Notes under the pieces: model-generated
What the model was told of the DNA's origin: nothing
The model's input: the letters and a program-made list of their open reading frames with translations, nothing else
Database searches by the model: none
In this document: piece after piece, positions 57,901-64,000 of the stretch
Layout of the letters: every line of letters begins with the position of its first letter
How positions within the stretch are numbered: position 1 is the stretch's first letter
Position numbers and translations under genes: made by a program
Assembly (NCBI GenBank): GCA_000708835.1
Contig: DF237195.1
Span: 1 to 64,000, forward strand
Direction: 5' to 3'
DNA length: 64,000 nucleotides
Source: Klebsormidium nitens
Taxonomy: Eukaryota > Plantae > Klebsormidiophyceae

Positions 57901-59753
57901 GTTTGCGGCCTGAGCAAGCTCCTTCGGGCGAACTCTGTGAGCCTGGTAGTCAATGAATAGGAGTTGTGTTTCTTCTATGTATTTGCAAGGGAGTTCCCGC
58001 GTGCTTCAATCAGCATTTATTCTTAGTGTCTTCTAGTGTCAACCGCGCTTGCTCCTTGTGGATTGTATGCCGCGGTGTGTCGCACTTAGCTAGCTGCAAG
58101 TCAAATCTTCAAAACAACTTTTTAGCATGTAAGTCCTTGTGCAAACTCAGGTGCCTACTCCAGATTGTTAATCATTTACTCGTTGTGCCGCGAATCTGGA
58201 TCGATTCCCTATCTCTTGATCCCTTTTTTCTCCGTGATTGCTCATGCCACCGTCTCTGCAAAAGCTCATGTTACGGCGGCTGATACTTATAATTATGAAG
58301 TGCAAATGCACGAGTCCATTTGTGCCAGACCTAAAACATCTATGGAGCCGGCGCAAGTGTCCGACTGGTCTGCCGGCATCATGAAGCAAGAGATTGGGGG
58401 CGGCCAGCTTACGGTACTGTCTGCATCTTGTGTGCATGCGCAATTGGCCGGTAACATCCGTGTGCACGTCGGTGCTGCAAGGTAGCTTATACAGGCAGAG
58501 GCTGGCTCCATGTGCTGGTCTAGTGTGCTCTCAAACTCGAACTCCCCTTCATAATTGAACCCATGTCATTTTATCACCGCGAAGGGAAACCCGGATCATC
58601 GCATCCCGTCGCGATTCAATGATAAAATGATCCAATCTCAGTAACTAGATGCGCGCGAGTGGTGATGATGCATGCAGAAAAAGTAGCAGTCCGAGAATGG
58701 CGCCGCGTGGCCCACGCCAGTGGCCCTCACCTGACCCATGCAACTAGAGTACGCGCGGTCATCAGTTTTAAGTCCGCGGCTGTATATGATCGCGATGTAT
58801 CATTGACAAACAGTCATTGCCGCGCGCAGCACATGTGTAAATGTATAGCTGACCACGTCATGCACTTTGTGAGGCTGACATTTGCGCATAATCTGGCGTA
58901 TAAGCCAATGGAACACCCTCTTCGCGAGCTTCAAGTGTCCAGGTCTTTCTCGGCTAAGCATTACTACTCGGCAGAAACTGACACACTTGGCGTTTCTACG
59001 GATTGCTTTCGGCCCCGCTGTATTGATTCTGTCAAGCACCACTTAGACGTGCTATTTCTACGCGCAATCCAAACCTGCAATTCCGGGGTGCCACAATCAG
59101 CTACAAAATCAAACATTAACGAGAAGCGAGGTGCCGTCCAACTGATGTAGAACTCATTCCGTGCTATTCTGATAGGGACTGAGCTTCGCAAGACGAGGTT
59201 GATCAAGCATAGCACACGTCATGCCGCTGACTTGAATGAGCAAAGTAAGCCGAATAAACGAAGGATGCCTGTTGATTTTGTTGCGAACGCCACGAAAGCT
59301 GGACAACAATCCGACACCGCTCGTGAAACAAAATGGGGGGGTTTGAAGGTGCTCACTTCACATGTCTTACGCCGAAAGAGGGAGGACGTCTCTTTGTCTC
59401 TTGGTGGCCGCCCCAACTTGGCAGCACGCCGGCTACGAGAGGGCATCGAACAGTGCACAGCAGGCACTCCCGCCACGAGAAAAATCGTCCTCTCGCTTTG
59501 ACCCTACAACCCAACATCGCGGTCCGTGTTCCGATATGCGCCACCTAAGCAGGATCGATCCTGGCCGTCAATCGGACCCAATCGGGCTCTATCCTGTCCG
59601 TCGCTCACACCTTTGACGGTCTGGGAGTGACCCCGCCTTCCGATTGTTCAGCGACTAGAGGTCTCCTTACGCCTCTGTAGCTCAGCCATCTCCCGTCCTG
59701 TGACCTCGACCAAGCCGGATTCCGCTCCTGAATCCTGAACGGAACGTGCGGTG

Positions 59754-62700
59754 CTATATCGGGTCGATGTCCCACGGGGCCCGGAACTCGTCGAGCGGCA
59801 CCCCCCCCGCTTCGTCCACTTCCCACAGCTGCAGCAAACCCCCAAGGTCCTGTATCTCTGCCGCGAAGCCCGGTTCCACGTCCGGGGGGGTGAAACGCAC
59901 CCCTGCACCGGCCCCCCCCTCGGCTGCCGCTGGCAGGTGTCCGTTTTCCCCCGCTCCGGGGGTGCGATTGGGGCTGCTTTCCGGTCCCCCGGCACCAGGA
60001 CCGGCGTTTTCGGATCCAACGCCAAAGACGGACCCCCGCAACTGCCACCACTCCGCCGACCCGCGCGCGGGGGCCCGTCCCACCGCAGACGTCCCCGCGC
60101 TGCGTTTTACTCCGCTTCCGGTTTCCCCCTTCCGTTTTCCGCTCTCGGCTTTCACGGAACCGGAAAAGTCCGCCGCAGGGGACATAGTCTTTGCTTTAAG
60201 GGTCCGCCCGGCGGCGTTGGCTGGCGCGGCCATGTCGCCGTTCGGAATGGAGCCCCGGGGCTCTCCGTTGCGCGCGCTCTTCGCCGCTTTCTGCTGCTTG
60301 CGTTTCTTCGGCGTCATCGCCACGGCAGGTGAGTAGGGCTCGCCAGTTTTCGCCCACTTGCGCAGCTTCGACAGCAGCCAATCCGTCCGATAGCCGGCCC
60401 CCTTCTTATTGAACGTCGGCGGGCGGCAGCCCGTAACCGTGCGAAGCGCGTCCTCCAGCGTCCGGATGTCCGGATTCCGCGCGTGCGCTTTCAGTGCCTT
60501 CCGCGCGGTTTCCATGCGCTCCTCGCGGCTCAGGCGCTCGTTCACCGCGCTCATCGAATACGGTGGCAGCCCAATGTCTTCATTTCGTATCAAACGCGGC
60601 GCAGCTGCCTTTCCGCTTTTGAACCCCTTTCTAAACCTAGGAGACAGAGCACTCTTCTGCCTCCGGGGGGGAGGTTCCGGCTGCCTCACGTTATACAAAA
60701 CCTCCGGCTTAACCACCCGCCCATACCGGGTGACGTTCGGTACCTCAGTTTCCTCTGCTTTTCTGACCCCAGGACTCGCTTCTCCCTTCTCCTGACCGTT
60801 CGATTGGTCTTGCTTGGGGACTGCTTCTGACTTCTTGCTCGGCCCTCTCTGACCGTCCAATTTTGCCTTTCCAGGGATCCCCCCCGACTTTTTCGCCAGC
60901 ACTTTTCGAAGGCACGCGTGAATAGCTCCCGCCTTTTTCCCCGCCGCTTTCGTCGCACCCGGTTTGGCTGGCCCGGAAATCCCCCCCGCTTTTGCTGGCC
61001 GCCCGGGGATCACTCCCGGTTTGGCTGGCCGCCCGGGAACCCCTCCCGCTTTTGCTGGCCCGGGGAACCCTCCCAGTTTGGCTGGCGCGGGCTTCCCTTC
61101 AATTTTCATTTTGGGCCCCACCTGAGCGACCGGTTCGCTTTCCCCCGGGCGCAGGAGCACCCCGAGAGGCCCTTTTGGGTGGCCGGGAAACGACCACTGG
61201 CCGCGGTCCCAGACCATGGCGGGGCGCAGCGCTCCGAGGCTGATGTTGACCTCCTCGCCGCCTTCACCGAAATGGGGGGGTCGCCACCACACCTGGGAAA
61301 GGAGGGGGGGGGGGTGAGGAAAGGTCAGTCGAACCGTGCTGGAGGATGGAAGTAGGTTAGGTCTTGGTTATGACAGGGGATCGTCGGATAGACTGACGGC
61401 ATAAGAAAGGTGCAGGAATTGTGGATCTGTTGAGCCAGAAAGCATCATCACTTGAAGTCCGTCTAAGTGCCTGCCAGAGAGAGGTACACAACACAGTGAG
61501 ACTTGCGCCGCGCATTGTGCATTTGCTGCTTTCAGACTACAGCTCAAACAACGCCCTAGAGACTCTGACTCAGCTTCCAAAGTCGACCTGGCTGTTCACT
61601 TGCAGTCGGCTTCGTAACCGTACGAAGTAAGGCTGTCGGAAGTTAGGACTCTCCTCTTGAAAATCGATGCATGCTGGCTAAGCGTAAGGACACACTCGCA
61701 GTGAGTTGGGATCTATACCGAGGTGCGCAGATTGACTGACATCTGCTGGGTGAAGTTAAGATTCTGTGATTCGAGTTTGACACGGTCGAAGGTGTCAAAG
61801 GGTTCGAGTTGCGTACCGAAACGCGCTGTCCGTCGACCTCGGAGACGCGGCCCATCCACCACGCGCAGTTGCACGAGTACTCCACAGCGTCGCCTATCGC
61901 ATAACTGCAAACAGAGAAGAGGGTTTAGGTTTAGGTTTAGGTTCACATTCAGGTTCAACTCTTATTTCGGTTTAGGTTTAGGTTTAGGTTTAGGTTTAGG
62001 TTCAGTTTCAGATTTGGTAGGGCTTTTCTAATCATTAGAGGTCTGGAATGCATCGTTGATCATTTACTGCTGTTTGCGTCAAACTTGGCACCCGGGCTCG
62101 GACTGATCCCCCCGTGACGTGTTGCATGCAATCTGAGCCGTCTGACTTTTCTCAAAAGCATCGAACGGCGTGAGTCATCACCTCATTGTAAGCCACCTCC
62201 TCGTCATTTGGAACGTAAGCACTTTGACCATAGACTAACCTAGTCAGGATCCAACCCGGAGCTTGGTGGAATCGGTAGCTTTCTAGGCCCCCATGACATG
62301 TGCATGCGAACTGAGCCGTCTGATCTTCCTCAAAGTTCTCGAACGGCGTGAATTGTTCCTCCTTGAACCCACCTCCTCATCATTTTGTATGTAAGCCCGT
62401 CCTGAGCGCACCGCCCCCCGCCGAGTTTCTTTGATGCAGGGGGTTGGATGCTGGGGGGCGTAGGCCGTACCATAAGCTCCCAGACAGGTTCGGCGACGCC
62501 CGGATTGGCCTGGTACAGCTGGCACTCGAATGGCTCTGCAGATAGGAAGAACTAGACTGGTTTTACTTCTACAGGAGTGGCCGAAGTGAGTCAGGAAGAT
62601 TCGAATCATGTGGAGAAGTGGTACACTTGATTGACTCCTGGCATCGAGTTTGCCATCATGATGAAAGCTCCTGTTTGGACTGCGACTCGCTCATGTGGTC

Positions 62701-63773
62701 ATTTTCCAAGTCCGACTTACTCTCCATTAACTTTCCCTCAGCACGTTTGAGATACAGTAGCTCGAAAAAGAAGGATTGTGGATACAAGATTTGGAACGTG
62801 TATCTGATGGAGAGCGTTGTCAAACTTGGAGGCAAGGAAAGGAGAGTCCGCCTCTTCAATGAAACCTGGCCAATGCTCTCGGATCACTAACTGCCGACAT
62901 TTCCCAAAGGCCATCCTACAAGTCAAGCCTTCGAAAGACATGAGCAGCCTTTGACAGTCAAAACCGCGCAAATTTGACAATAAGTTAAACCACGCATTAC
63001 GCTCTCTCCATTGGTTCCTACCATTTCCCCGAAGCTCATCCTGCCCGCTCCTCGCTTCCTTCCCTAAAACGCAAGGACTTAACTTGCCAGCGTTTCGTGA
63101 CCAGAAAGAAAGGCTGTCATATCCACGGAAGCATAGAATCTCACCATCCTCATCAAAGTCGACACACTTGATAGTCAGCGTGTAGGCTGCTGGACCGGCT
63201 TCCTGCTTGATCCCAAGGATCTGCAGTACGGGGCGGAATCATTCAAAGAACTCAATTTATCAGAAAGAACCAAGGGGTAGGAATTGTGCATAAGCGCACC
63301 GATGCCATCGTTTGTTTTTCTTCTCAGCCGCAGCGATGCAATTCTACATTGCTTGCGCTGGGCGACTGATCAGTGGGTCCAAAGCCAGATATTCTTCTCA
63401 AGCGTCCATTTGAGGATTCAAATGAACCAGGCAATACACTCAATTTCTTTCCACACATGCTGAGATTCCGAAGCTAGGCAGCGTCAGTAAGTTTTCTGCC
63501 CCCCCCTCGAGTCAGAAACGTGCAGAGTGTGAAGGAGAAAATGGTTGATTTGAACAGGATCCAGAGAAAAGTACACAAATGTAACTACACAAGAAAGGCA
63601 ATGTACCTCACCCGTGAGAGGAACCAGGCATCCCTGTAACCTTCCGCGAAGGCCCTGATAACAAGAGGAGACAAGGATTTACAGATTGGCTTACTTGAGA
63701 CATTCACTTCCACTAAAACCCAATTGAATGATATGCTCTCTTCCTGTTTTGGTTCTGGCAAAGAGGACTTCTC
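59754..63773 (-). CDS. Tandem Agenet domain protein 3 (5' end uncertain)
   Basis: Exons ~63773-63694 (..LVEVNVS), ~63654-63612 (RAFAEGYRDAWFLSR), 63220-63145, 62535-62373 (LMVRPTPP), 61904-61817 (YAIGDAVEYSCNCAWWMGRV, 88 nt as in the paralogs), 61292-59754 (ALRPAMVWDRGQW...TAG). Start codon not resolved. Confidence 0.72.
60955..61100 (-). repeat. Coding tandem repeat (27-30 bp) encoding PAK-x-G-x-x-PG(R) units
   Basis: PAKLGGFPG-PAKAGGVPGR-PAKPGVIPGR-PAKAGGISG-PAKPGA in Agenet gene 3. Confidence 0.8.
61923..62002 (+). repeat. Interstitial telomere-like (TTTAGG)n microsatellite in an intron
   Basis: Three copies at ~61923-61942 and five at ~61969-62002, separated by degenerate GGTTCA/TTCAGG units. 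Confidence 0.85.
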
Positions 63774-64000
63774 CTGCGCAGATTTAGCTCCCTCTCATAG
63801 GATGATAGGACTCTCAACAATGTATACTCTTTGGCGGCTGGGACATGCACTCACACTTTTCTAAGTGGTGGTGTAGGTCTTTATGGTCTGTAAATGTAAC
63901 TCAAACGATCTATTAATGTACCTCTTAAAAGATCATAAGCATACCTCCGTGAAGTCTAGATACGTCAGACTGTCTCAGCTCACCCATTGATTGATCAAGT

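Noticed and set aside
62618-62980. ORFs between 62618 and 62980 as exons of Agenet gene 3
   Set aside because: The paralog-consistent exon chain (63145 to 62535) skips this region in phase, so it is intronic.
61923-64000. True chromosome end
   Set aside because: The repeat is short, interrupted and lies inside an intron, with genic sequence continuing on both sides.
1-64000. tRNA, rRNA or spliceosomal snRNA genes
   Set aside because: No cloverleaf with A/B boxes, rRNA-like conserved blocks or Sm-site/USE-TATA arrangements were recognised by eye.

Overview
Eukaryotic, intron-rich nuclear DNA of a streptophyte green alga. It is Klebsormidium-like by inference from GC/GA-rich exons, GT-AG introns and plant-type RabE, BPP-like and Agenet genes. 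Positions 1-16 kb contain no credible protein gene. Instead they hold a plus-strand tandem array of about 35 recognisable (plus a few decayed) 54-80 nt box C/D-like (kink-turn) small-RNA cassettes of the form CAGC-NNN-GA(T/A/G)G...hairpin...variable segment...CTGA-N-GCTG. The first sub-array repeats the order A-C-D-B about every 1.8 kb (to ~10.8 kb; probably continuing off the left edge). A second, older-looking ~2.1 kb unit follows (11-15.9 kb). The scaffold is conserved and shows covariation, while the segment just 5' of box D (the canonical guide position) is hypervariable, and I recognise no rRNA/snRNA target. One cassette is split by a 181-bp CACTA-like MITE. The rest of the window holds an 8-exon RabE1/Rab8 GTPase (minus), a divergently transcribed BPP/At1g27850-like microtubule-associated protein with a CaaX end, and a small secreted protein with duplicated RHLL motifs. 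It also holds three paralogous tandem-Agenet (Tudor-like) genes whose long tails carry at least two repeated domains I cannot assign to any known family. All exon models were built by hand from splice signals and reading-frame phase; no database search was possible.
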